This document shows, piece after piece, positions 30,170 to 39,099 of a stretch of 64,000 nt of DNA. The notes under the pieces are model-generated. The model made no database searches. It was not told the DNA's origin and saw only the letters and a list, made by a program, of their open reading frames with translations. A program made the position numbers and the translations under genes. Origin of the DNA: a virus. The DNA lies in IMG/VR virus record IMGVR_UViG_3300009164_003814; one strand, given 5' to 3'. Positions within the stretch are counted from its first letter, which is position 1; each line of letters starts with the position of its first letter.

Positions 30170-30798
30170 GAGCCACAGACTTTGAAATCCGCAATCATGA
30201 CAAGTTAGATCGTATTCTAGCTGAGTTATGTTCTCTAGTCATTCAAGGTCAACAAAAAGATCAAGGCCTAGGCATGGTAGCAGCCGCTGTGCTCGATCCC
30301 GATAACAATTGTGTAGTAGGTATCAATTACCCCACTCGAGACGGCCATCGTGTTCACGGTGAACGTGCCGCTATTGACAGTTACTATGCTCGCTTTGGTC
30401 CTATTCCTGATGGTAGCATTATTATTACAACTTGTAGTCCATGCACTCAATACATGGCTGAACGTGAAGGAGTTAACTGTTCTGATCTCATTGACGAAGT
30501 TGGTGTTCATAAAGTCTATGCTGGCTATCAAGATCCTAGCCAGGGACGGATACGTAAAAAGTATCACATAGAAATCACACGTAATCTCAAACTAGAAAAA
30601 CTATGCAAGGCATTTGCTGATACATTTTTAAAAGATGACTTGAATGAACTTGAATTCTTAGGATCACCATGTACCAAAGACTGTTCAGGTCATCGTGCTG
30701 GCTATGCTTGGAGTCAAAGCAAAGGTGGCCGTGTAGCACAAAGTCCATTTAGCCCCAGTTTTAATAATGGCAGTCAACTGCATGTGGATGGTAAGTAG
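30166..30798 (+). CDS. Zn-dependent cytidine/nucleotide deaminase-fold protein with C-terminal Cys module
   Basis: HGERAAI, TTCSPC...C; tail CTKDCSGHRAGY.W. Confidence 0.7.
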   Translation: MRATDFEIRNHDKLDRILAELCSLVIQGQQKDQGLGMVAAAVLDPDNNCVVGINYPTRDGHRVHGERAAIDSYYARFGPIPDGSIIITTCSPCTQYMAEREGVNCSDLIDEVGVHKVYAGYQDPSQGRIRKKYHIEITRNLKLEKLCKAFADTFLKDDLNELEFLGSPCTKDCSGHRAGYAWSQSKGGRVAQSPFSPSFNNGSQLHVDGK

Positions 30799-30802
30799 AC
30801 AT

Positions 30803-30883
30803 ATGAACAAACCCCAATACCCAGTATATCCAGAACAAAACGGTGAAGAGGATCGACCAGTACTTCCCTACTCACCTGTATAG
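30803..30883 (+). CDS. Possible 26-aa Pro-rich peptide
   Basis: MNKPQYPVYPEQNGEEDRPVLPYSPV*. Confidence 0.35.
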   Translation: MNKPQYPVYPEQNGEEDRPVLPYSPV

Positions 30884-30884
30884 A

Positions 30885-30982
30885 ACACCCCTTAGGACCG
30901 TTTAGTTACGGTTTGGTGTAGGCGGCTGCTGCCTGCAAAACATTTCGGAGTCGTGCCCGATCGCGTGTTTGGCTAAGTGAGC
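30885..30982 (+). ncRNA. Candidate structured ncRNA
   Basis: GC-rich intergenic island with several stems (acacc/ggtgt, accgt/acggt, taggc/gcctg, aaacat/gtgttt, tcgg/ccga). Confidence 0.5.
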
Positions 30983-30997
30983 TTTACCAAAATACTC

Positions 30998-31025
30998 TTG
31001 CTTTTTTTAAATAACCCTGTATAAT
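30998..31025 (+). promoter_or_regulatory. Sigma70-type promoter
   Basis: TTGCTT-16-TATAAT. Confidence 0.55.
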
Positions 31026-31050
31026 AGTAAAACTTACTCAGGAGAAACAA

Positions 31051-31311
31051 ATGTCAGATCGCGTATTCACAGCAGACCAAACAAACAAACTTACACAAAT
31101 CATCAATGAAGGCATGTCAGTAATGTCTGAAATTGAAACCCTAACCGGTGGACTCAATGACACAGTCAAGGCCATTGCAGAAGAATTAGATATCAAACCA
31201 AACATTCTCAAGAAAGCTATCAAGTTAGCACACAAATCTGAATTTGGTCGTGAACAACAAGACCACGAATTGCTAGAACAAATTTTAGTTCAAGTTGGCA
31301 AAACATTATAA
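31051..31311 (+). CDS. T4 DsbA/GapR-like dsDNA-binding protein
   Basis: 86-aa helical protein, ...VKAIAEELDIKP..LKKAIKLAHK; upstream of the polymerase. Confidence 0.6.
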   Translation: MSDRVFTADQTNKLTQIINEGMSVMSEIETLTGGLNDTVKAIAEELDIKPNILKKAIKLAHKSEFGREQQDHELLEQILVQVGKTL

Positions 31312-31387
31312 GTACTGTTTTAACAACAGCGAGTCGTTCCCGTAAGGAACATGAATCATGGCTAACCGGCCATAAACGGAGAAAAAT

Positions 31388-34045
31388 TTGAGTTATATTG
31401 ACGCTTTATTTGATAGAGAACACGATCGTATTCACATAGTTGAACGGCGTGATGGCAAGAGATGCTATCAAGAATATTCAGCCAACTATGTGCTATACTA
31501 TGATGATGCCCGTGGCAAGTTTCAAAGTATTTTTGGTACACCTGTCAGCAGATTCAGCACTAGAAACAGCAAAGAATTTCGCAAGGAAGTTCGCATACAG
31601 TCAAACAAACAACTGTATGAATCAGACATTAATCCCATCTTCCGTTGCCTTGAAGAAAACTACAAAGGTCAAGACGGCCCAAAACTTAATGTAGCGTTCT
31701 TTGACATTGAGGTCGACTTCGACCCCGAGCGTGGATTTAGTCCTCCTGCAGATCCATTCAACGCCATTACCGCCATATCAGTGTACTTGCAATGGCTCAA
31801 TCAAATGGTCACACTGGTGATGCCGCCCAAGCACATGAGCCCGGCTACTGCCCGCGACATTGCTGGTGATTTTGAAAATACCATTGTATTTGAAACTGAA
31901 GAAGACCTACTCAACACATTCTTGGATCTGATTGAAGATGCTGATGCCTTGTCTGGGTGGAACAGCGAAGGCTTTGATATTCCATACACTGTGAATCGTG
32001 TGACCCGTGTACTCAGCAAAGATGATACCCGTAGATTTTGCTTGTGGAACCAATATCCTAAGAAACGTACATTTGAACGCTTTGGTGCAGAAAATGAAAC
32101 TTATGACTTGATTGGTCGTGTGCATATGGACTATATGCAATTGTATCGCAAGTACACATACGAAGAGCGCCACAGTTACAGTTTGGATGCCATTGCCGAA
32201 TATGAACTTGGTGAAACTAAAACAGTGTTTGAAGGCACATTGGATCAACTGTACAATCAAAACTTTAAAACATTCATTGAGTACAACCGACAAGACACAA
32301 TGATTCTGGCCAAGCTAGACAAGAAATTAAAATTTCTTGATCTTGCTAATACATTAGCACATGAAAATACTGTGCTACTACAAACCACCATGGGTGCTGT
32401 GGCTGTTACAGAACAAGCAATCATCAACGAAGCTCACGAGCGTGGCATGGTAGTTCCTAATCGTAAGGAACGTTACTCAGATGAGGATACACAAGCCGCC
32501 GGTGCTTATGTAGCATATCCCAAAAAAGGAATTCACGAATACATTGGATCAATTGATATTAACTCTCTATATCCAAGTGCAATTCGTGCGTTGAATATGG
32601 GTCCAGAAACTATTGTAGGACAACTGCGCCCCACTATGACTAACCGGTATATTCGAGATAAAATGAATTCTGGCTCCAGCTTTGCTGCAGCCTGGGAAGG
32701 CGTGTTTGCCTCATTGGAATATACCGCAGTAATGAATTTAGAAAAAGGCACAGAGATCACCATTGACTGGCAAGGTGGTGAAGAGTCAGTACATAGTGCC
32801 GCAGAAGTATGGCGCATGATCTTTGACAGCAATCAACCTTGGATGATCAGTGCCAATGGTACTATCTTTACCTATGAAAAAGAGGGTGTTATTCCTGGCT
32901 TGTTAAAACGCTGGTATGCCGAACGTAAAGACATGCAGTCCAAATTGAAAGAATGTAAAAATGCAGAAGATGAAGAATACTGGGACAAGCGTCAGCTTGT
33001 TAAAAAGATTAACCTTAACAGTCTCTATGGTGCTATTCTTAATCCTGGTTGCCGTTTCTTTGATAAGCGTATTGGTCAGTCTACAACCCTTACTGGTCGT
33101 GCCATTGCCAAGCACATGGATGCTTATGTAAACGAATGTATCACTGGCAAGTATGATCATGTGGGTGAAACTATTATCTACGGTGACACAGACTCGTGTT
33201 ATTTTAGTGCGTGGCCAGTGCTGAAAAAAGAAGTCGAAGAAGGACGTATGACTTGGTCAAAAGACATGGCTATACAACTGTATGATTCAATTGCGGATCA
33301 AGTCAACATCAGCTTTCCAGGTTTTATGGAAACTGCATTCCATGTGCCTAGAGAGATGGGCGAAGTGATTAAAGGTGGGCGAGAGGTAGTAGCCAGCAAG
33401 GGCTTGTTTATTACCAAAAAGCGTTATGCAGTGATGATCATTGACAAGGAAGGCAAACGCTTAGACGTTGCTGGACAGCCTGGTAAGGTCAAGGCCATGG
33501 GCTTAGATTTAAAACGCAGTGACACGCCCAAAGTTATTCAAGAGTTCTTAAGTGAGATTCTCAATGATGTGTTAACTGGTGCCACCCGTGATGAGATTAT
33601 TGCTAAGATTCGCGAGTTCAAATACGTTTTTAAAGAACGTCCAGGTTGGGAAAAAGGCAGTCCAAAACGTGTAAACAACTTGACCAAGTACGGCAAAGAA
33701 GAAGAACGCCTGGGCAAAGCCAACATGCCCGGGCATGTTCGTGCGGCACTTAATTGGAATAACTTGCGTAGGATGAATGGTGACAAGTATAGTTTGCAAA
33801 TTGTTGATGGTATGAAAACTATTGTGTGCAAACTCAAAAGCAATCCTCTAGGATGGACCAGTATTGGATATCCTACAGATGAACAACAATTACCTGCATG
33901 GTTCAAAGAACTACCGTTTGATGACAGCGAGATGGAAGCCACAGTAGTTGATCAAAAGATCGACAACTTGTTAAGTGTGTTGGAGTGGGACCTAGCTAGT
34001 TCTACCAACACAGAAAATACTTTTGAAACTTTGTTTGAGTGGTAA
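31388..34045 (+). CDS. DNA polymerase family B (T4 gp43-like)
   Basis: Exonuclease FFDIEV, GWNSEGFDIPY, YN..D; polymerase DINSLYPS, K...NSLYG, YGDTDS, KKRY; TTG start with ggag SD. Confidence 0.95.
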   Translation: MSYIDALFDREHDRIHIVERRDGKRCYQEYSANYVLYYDDARGKFQSIFGTPVSRFSTRNSKEFRKEVRIQSNKQLYESDINPIFRCLEENYKGQDGPKLNVAFFDIEVDFDPERGFSPPADPFNAITAISVYLQWLNQMVTLVMPPKHMSPATARDIAGDFENTIVFETEEDLLNTFLDLIEDADALSGWNSEGFDIPYTVNRVTRVLSKDDTRRFCLWNQYPKKRTFERFGAENETYDLIGRVHMDYMQLYRKYTYEERHSYSLDAIAEYELGETKTVFEGTLDQLYNQNFKTFIEYNRQDTMILAKLDKKLKFLDLANTLAHENTVLLQTTMGAVAVTEQAIINEAHERGMVVPNRKERYSDEDTQAAGAYVAYPKKGIHEYIGSIDINSLYPSAIRALNMGPETIVGQLRPTMTNRYIRDKMNSGSSFAAAWEGVFASLEYTAVMNLEKGTEITIDWQGGEESVHSAAEVWRMIFDSNQPWMISANGTIFTYEKEGVIPGLLKRWYAERKDMQSKLKECKNAEDEEYWDKRQLVKKINLNSLYGAILNPGCRFFDKRIGQSTTLTGRAIAKHMDAYVNECITGKYDHVGETIIYGDTDSCYFSAWPVLKKEVEEGRMTWSKDMAIQLYDSIADQVNISFPGFMETAFHVPREMGEVIKGGREVVASKGLFITKKRYAVMIIDKEGKRLDVAGQPGKVKAMGLDLKRSDTPKVIQEFLSEILNDVLTGATRDEIIAKIREFKYVFKERPGWEKGSPKRVNNLTKYGKEEERLGKANMPGHVRAALNWNNLRRMNGDKYSLQIVDGMKTIVCKLKSNPLGWTSIGYPTDEQQLPAWFKELPFDDSEMEATVVDQKIDNLLSVLEWDLASSTNTENTFETLFEW

Positions 34046-34046
34046 T

Positions 34047-34979
34047 ATGAAACTTAGCGAACTTGTTGCATATCGTAATCAGCTAGATGCATTGTCAAGT
34101 GTGCCTGCGTTGCAAACTGCCAATCTTGAGTTGGATAAGATCTTACATCTAGTAGGCACACAACCAGAGTTGATGACATCATTTACTCACGATCTTGACA
34201 GTCAATATGCTGACATACAAAAAGTATTTGCTAAATTTGAAGATGATTTAAATAATTTAAAATTGCAATTAAATCAAAAAATTGAAGCAGCAGAACGACC
34301 ATGGTTTCAAGAAAGTTATACCTTGTATGAAGGTGAGCTAATTCGGTCTGCTGAGTTTGTACTTGAGTTAAGAAAACCCAATACCCTCGATACTGCTCCA
34401 TTCCAAATTAGATTAAGTCAATATGCTAATTGGAAATATCCAGCGTTGATCATTCGTCCTGGGTTAGAAACATTTATTGAAAACATGGTAGCATATGATC
34501 CTCTCTACTTGGTAGATTTAAGTCATGATTATTTAACCCCGGCTATGAATCGATTTAATGAACAGTATCAAACTCGTCTAAGACCATATGTTGTCAGTGA
34601 AGAGTTAGATCAAAACATTTTAACAAAAATCCCCAATGATCAATTTGGCATGTGTTTAGCCTACAATTACTTTAATTTTAGACCATTTGAAATTCTTAAA
34701 AAATATCTAGCAGAAATATATCAAAAACTTAAACCTGGTGGTATACTAGCATTTACATTCAACGACTGTGATAGACCCAGTGCTATCAGATTGGTTGAAA
34801 ATTACTATTGTTGTTATACTCCAGGATACTTGGTTCGAGAATTAGCTGTCTCTATGGGCTACGAAATTGTGTACTCTTGGAATGATCCAGGCCCAACCAC
34901 TTGGTTAGAATTAAAAAAACCCGGAGAACTAACTAGTCTCAAGGGTGGGCAAACTTTGGCAAAAATAGTTCCAAAATAA
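34047..34979 (+). CDS. Coiled-coil plus methyltransferase-like protein
   Basis: YL.EIY..LKPGG.L.F; SAM-binding motif I is degenerate. Confidence 0.5.
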   Translation: MKLSELVAYRNQLDALSSVPALQTANLELDKILHLVGTQPELMTSFTHDLDSQYADIQKVFAKFEDDLNNLKLQLNQKIEAAERPWFQESYTLYEGELIRSAEFVLELRKPNTLDTAPFQIRLSQYANWKYPALIIRPGLETFIENMVAYDPLYLVDLSHDYLTPAMNRFNEQYQTRLRPYVVSEELDQNILTKIPNDQFGMCLAYNYFNFRPFEILKKYLAEIYQKLKPGGILAFTFNDCDRPSAIRLVENYYCCYTPGYLVRELAVSMGYEIVYSWNDPGPTTWLELKKPGELTSLKGGQTLAKIVPK

Positions 34980-34990
34980 ATCAAAACCTG

Positions 34991-35019
34991 TTGCAAAATC
35001 TAAATAAACACTGTACAAT
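34991..35019 (+). promoter_or_regulatory. Sigma70-type promoter with nested late-type motif
   Basis: TTGCAA-17-TACAAT with CTAAATA in the spacer. Confidence 0.6.
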
Positions 35020-35039
35020 AAACAAACGAGGAGAATTAA

Positions 35040-35762
35040 ATGAAAGATCACTTACTAGACTTAGTAGAACACACTTATGACCTGGGTTGCATTGACCTAG
35101 TTAAGATCACCGGCGACACCAAAGCTACAGCCATTAATGGCTTAGCCGAAGACCGTAGCGTTATTGTTGACGGCACTTTTGCCAATCCGGTAGCAGATTT
35201 TATTGGTACATTTGGCATGCCAAATCTAAGCAAGCTCAAGGTATTGTTAAATTTACAACCCTACAAAGAAAACGCCAAACTTGCTATCACACGCAAAGAC
35301 ACAGGTGCATTGGATCAACTCACATTTGAAAATGCCGAAGGCGACTTTAAAAATAGCTATCGATTTATGGCTACTGAGATCATTAACGAGAAATTGAAAA
35401 ACGTTAAAATGAAACCAGTTACATGGCACATTGAATTTGAACCTTCTGTGGCTTCTATTCAACGATTAAAAATGCAAGCTGCTGCTAATGCCGAAGAAGT
35501 TAACTTTAAAGCAAGAACAGACGGCAAAGATTTAAAGTTTTTCTTTGGTGATCATTCAACCCATGCCGGTAACTTTGTATTCCAGCACGATGTAGGTGGC
35601 ACACTTAAACGTGAATGGTCTTGGCCAGTTAAGACTGTGATTAGTATTTTAGATCTAACCGGGGACAAAGTCATGCGTATTAGTGATGATGGGATTGCTG
35701 AGATTACTGTAGATTCGGGATTGGCTACTTATAGCTTTAAACTTCCAGCACAAAGCAAGTGA
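35040..35762 (+). CDS. Sliding clamp (gp45-like)
   Basis: 240-aa alpha/beta protein close to the polymerase; ends ISDDG...ITVDSG...YSF.LPA. Confidence 0.6.
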   Translation: MKDHLLDLVEHTYDLGCIDLVKITGDTKATAINGLAEDRSVIVDGTFANPVADFIGTFGMPNLSKLKVLLNLQPYKENAKLAITRKDTGALDQLTFENAEGDFKNSYRFMATEIINEKLKNVKMKPVTWHIEFEPSVASIQRLKMQAAANAEEVNFKARTDGKDLKFFFGDHSTHAGNFVFQHDVGGTLKREWSWPVKTVISILDLTGDKVMRISDDGIAEITVDSGLATYSFKLPAQSK

Positions 35763-37387
35763 TCGAACAAGATAACCTAACAGCCAAACAAAAAGATTAC
35801 GCTGTATTCTTACCAGCTATTAGTGGCTTCTACGCTACTTTTATAGGCAAACAAAGAGACCTAGTTAATGGTCCTTATGTAGACCCGGCTCGTATGCCAG
35901 CAGGCATTCCAGATATGGAAATGATGAATTGGCTTAATGATCAAAAAGGCCTATTTCCTTACAAGTGGAGCCTGTACTCTGGTGGGCATGCTAACTTGGA
36001 TCTCAACAAGCAGGACTGGTCCGAAGATATGGTTCGTAATAGGGATCCTAATACTCTCATGTTAGGCGACTCCGGTGGATTCCAGATTGCCAAAGGCTTA
36101 TGGGAAGGCGATTGGAAAGCTGGTTCAGGTTGTCCTAAAGCACAAAAGAAACGTGATGCTGTGTTAAAGTGGTTGGATGGTGTTGCCGACTACGGCATGA
36201 TTCTTGATATCCCGACCTGGGTTATTCATGATAAGAAAGCCAGTGCAGCTTGCCAGATTACCACACTACAAGAAGCAGTAGACGCTACCAAGTACAACAA
36301 CGACTACTTCATGAAGCACCGCAAGGGTGTTAAGAACGGTGGTGCCAAGTTCCTTAATGTTTTACAAGGTGCCAATCATGCCGACGCAGACCGTTGGTAT
36401 GAACTAATGAAGGACTATTGCGATCCTGCGGTGTATCCAGATACACACTTCAATGGTTGGTCAATGGGTGGACAAAACATGTGTGACGTGCATCTTGTGT
36501 TGCGTCGGTTGGTAGCACTACGTCACGATGGTTTGCTCAAAGAAGGCATACACGATTGGATGCACTTCCTGGGCACAAGTAAACTAGAGTGGGCAGTGTT
36601 GCTAACCGACATTCAACGTGCTGTACGCAAGTATGTAAATCCAGCATTTACCATCAGTTTTGATTGTGCAAGTCCGTTCCTAGCCACAGCCAACGGACAG
36701 GTATATCATCACATAGATCTGCCACACAATGAAAAGTGGTGTTATCGTATGAGTCCTATTGTGGATGATAAAAAGTTCAGTACCGATACACGAACATATC
36801 GTGATGGTGTATTAGCCGAAGGATTTGTCAAACATTTTGATGAAAGTCCCATTAGCAAACATTTAAAGATGAAGGACATCTGCATCTACAAACCAGGTGT
36901 GCGTAAAACCGATGCTGAATTAAATGGTGAAATATTCGATCCTAACAACATGGCACACTTTCATACCGCTCCAGATCTAAACAAGATTGGAAAGAACGGC
37001 AAAACATCCTGGGACAGTTTTAGTTACGCATTACTAATGGGGCATAATGTTTGGATGCATTTAGAAGCAGTACAACGTGCCAATCGTGAATACGACAACG
37101 GAAGTTGGCCTGCTATGATGTGGAATCAAAATGGCGATCATGCTCGATTCAAAGACATTGTTGATGCTATTTTTGCCACTCCCGACCGTGCAGAAGCTGA
37201 AGCTATTATCGAGCACTATGACCGTTACTGGATGGACATTGTGGGCACACGTGGATTCAAAGGCAAAAAAGCCAAAAATGCCATGAGCATGTTTAATAAC
37301 CTGTTTGATGTAGAAGAGGACGATAGCGTTGATAGTGACGATATCGAGTTGGATGAAAATAAACTAAACGAGTTGGAGGCTCAATGA
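35759..37387 (+). CDS. tRNA-guanine transglycosylase-fold protein (DpdA-like)
   Basis: GDSGGFQI, ILDIP, VLQG, SMGG, HFLG, SFDCASP. Confidence 0.75.
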   Translation: MIEQDNLTAKQKDYAVFLPAISGFYATFIGKQRDLVNGPYVDPARMPAGIPDMEMMNWLNDQKGLFPYKWSLYSGGHANLDLNKQDWSEDMVRNRDPNTLMLGDSGGFQIAKGLWEGDWKAGSGCPKAQKKRDAVLKWLDGVADYGMILDIPTWVIHDKKASAACQITTLQEAVDATKYNNDYFMKHRKGVKNGGAKFLNVLQGANHADADRWYELMKDYCDPAVYPDTHFNGWSMGGQNMCDVHLVLRRLVALRHDGLLKEGIHDWMHFLGTSKLEWAVLLTDIQRAVRKYVNPAFTISFDCASPFLATANGQVYHHIDLPHNEKWCYRMSPIVDDKKFSTDTRTYRDGVLAEGFVKHFDESPISKHLKMKDICIYKPGVRKTDAELNGEIFDPNNMAHFHTAPDLNKIGKNGKTSWDSFSYALLMGHNVWMHLEAVQRANREYDNGSWPAMMWNQNGDHARFKDIVDAIFATPDRAEAEAIIEHYDRYWMDIVGTRGFKGKKAKNAMSMFNNLFDVEEDDSVDSDDIELDENKLNELEAQ

Positions 37388-37590
37388 TTGACCATTTACA
37401 AAGTCGAGTACGACATTTGGAAGAAGAACATGCTCAATTGGATAAACGTATTGATGGTATGGAAAGTACCGGAGTGTTTGAAGATGCTACTTTAGAAGTT
37501 TTGAAGAAGCAAAGGTTGCATATCAAAGACGAACTTGTTAAACTTAGACTTAATATTGCATATGAATTAGGCGCAAAAGAAAATGATTAG
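37384..37590 (+). CDS. DUF465/YdcH-like coiled-coil protein
   Basis: L.EEH..LD..I...LKKQRL.IKDEL. Confidence 0.65.
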   Translation: MIDHLQSRVRHLEEEHAQLDKRIDGMESTGVFEDATLEVLKKQRLHIKDELVKLRLNIAYELGAKEND

Positions 37591-38101
37591 AGCTGGACAC
37601 AATGAAGTAAGTTTCTTTATAGGAACCGAAGTGGAACACACGCCGGCATTTGGTCTTAAGACGTTGTTTGTAGTGGGTGTGCAGGATCCGCGAATTGTTT
37701 TACAAGAATTTGATAACAACGATTGCGAACACATTTATTTTGGTGCCAATCAAAGTTTTCCAGCCTTAGATAAAAACGATGGTGAAGGTTGGCGTGATTG
37801 GGAATACATGGTTCGTAGTTGTTTAGAACAACGCTCTACCTATTGTACCCTTGACCTAGATCATGCACAAGCAGAAGGACTATTAGAATCCAGCTTAGTT
37901 GAGTTTCACAACTTTATTCCAATGATTAGTGTTAAACTTCCTTACATTCAACAATTTGGATACAATGCCACTATTAAAATTGATGACCGAGACTTTGCAG
38001 CAACAAACCCGGGCGTCTGGTGTCACAGCCTACACGACTTACAAAAACGCCAGGTGTTCACTGACTGGTCTAAATATACCAAGGACGAAGTAATAAAATG
38101 A
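37583..38101 (+). CDS. Hypothetical protein
   Basis: G.EVE.T...G..TLFV, HIYFGANQSF, NPGVW. Confidence 0.6.
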   Translation: MIRAGHNEVSFFIGTEVEHTPAFGLKTLFVVGVQDPRIVLQEFDNNDCEHIYFGANQSFPALDKNDGEGWRDWEYMVRSCLEQRSTYCTLDLDHAQAEGLLESSLVEFHNFIPMISVKLPYIQQFGYNATIKIDDRDFAATNPGVWCHSLHDLQKRQVFTDWSKYTKDEVIK

Positions 38102-38415
38102 GAAACTGGCTAAGACAACGACTGCTTCACTTTTTAATAGATGCTGAAGATAGCAGGCCTGCTAGGATAGGTCGCGGAAACATCAGTGTTTCCTTAATGG
38201 ATAACGAAATATGCGATGACAGCCCAAGTAACATTGACCTTCCAGATCCTATTAACTTTAAGGTACAAGCAGTAAGCGGCGGCACAATAGTAGAGTCCAG
38301 GTGGTATGACCACAAGAAGGACGAAAATCGTATTAAACTGCATATTATTACACAAAAAGAAAACTTATCTGAATCAATTGGTAAAATTGTAACCATGGAG
38401 TTATTACAGAAATGA
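38098..38415 (+). CDS. Hypothetical protein
   Basis: 105-aa coupled ORF. Confidence 0.55.
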   Translation: MRNWLRQRLLHFLIDAEDSRPARIGRGNISVSLMDNEICDDSPSNIDLPDPINFKVQAVSGGTIVESRWYDHKKDENRIKLHIITQKENLSESIGKIVTMELLQK

Positions 38416-38861
38416 TACAAGAACAACGTGAAACTATTGAACGTATTAAAACATCCGCACAACGGCAGATTTGGGTAACATTCCAAAAAGAAGGAATTCA
38501 TTGCTACCCAGCGGCTGCCACGGATCCCAAGTTAAATACAGCAGGAGAATATGATGTATCGTTCCTTGCTAATCCTCATCGCCATATATTTCATTTCCGG
38601 GTGTCAATTGATGTGTTCTCAAACGACCGAGACATTGAGTTCATACAGTTTAAACGATGGCTCGAGTCGTTGTATAACGGTGCGAATACCGTTTTAGAAT
38701 TAGATTTTAAATCCTGTGAGATGATGGCGGATGACCTATATATACAGATAGCTGACCGCTATCCCAATCGTGCTGTAGTAATTGAAGTATCCGAAGACGG
38801 CGAGAACGGATGCTGCATTAGTTATAACCTTACTCGTCCAACGCAATCAATTGTAATTTAA
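38412..38861 (+). CDS. QueD-like/T-fold protein
   Basis: H.Y, HRHIFHF, IEF...K, SCE..A, V.EDGENG pattern. Confidence 0.55.
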   Translation: MIQEQRETIERIKTSAQRQIWVTFQKEGIHCYPAAATDPKLNTAGEYDVSFLANPHRHIFHFRVSIDVFSNDRDIEFIQFKRWLESLYNGANTVLELDFKSCEMMADDLYIQIADRYPNRAVVIEVSEDGENGCCISYNLTRPTQSIVI

Positions 38862-38871
38862 AGGAACTATC

Positions 38872-39099
38872 ATGGGCAAGCCCCAACATCGTGTAAACCC
38901 TAGAGCCATTCAGGCATTTGAAGATTTATCACTCTATTTGGAATTCTGTGTTGATTATGGCTACAGATACAGAGAAGAAGATTTATACAACTTCAAGAGC
39001 TATGCTTGGCAACAATACAACAAGTTTACTCAAGGCAAAAACGCCAAGAACATGTGGGACGAAGACGGCCGCAGATTCTCAGGATATCGCCGTGCGTAA
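38872..39099 (+). CDS. Hypothetical protein
   Basis: SD aagga; 75 aa. Confidence 0.6.
   Translation: MGKPQHRVNPRAIQAFEDLSLYLEFCVDYGYRYREEDLYNFKSYAWQQYNKFTQGKNAKNMWDEDGRRFSGYRRA

Noticed and set aside
31388-34045. Intein or intron in the DNA polymerase
   Set aside because: Normal length with contiguous motifs
38918-39091. N-terminal extension of the glycosyltransferase
   Set aside because: It overlaps the 38872-39099 gene, which has its own SD; GTG 39092 is preferred
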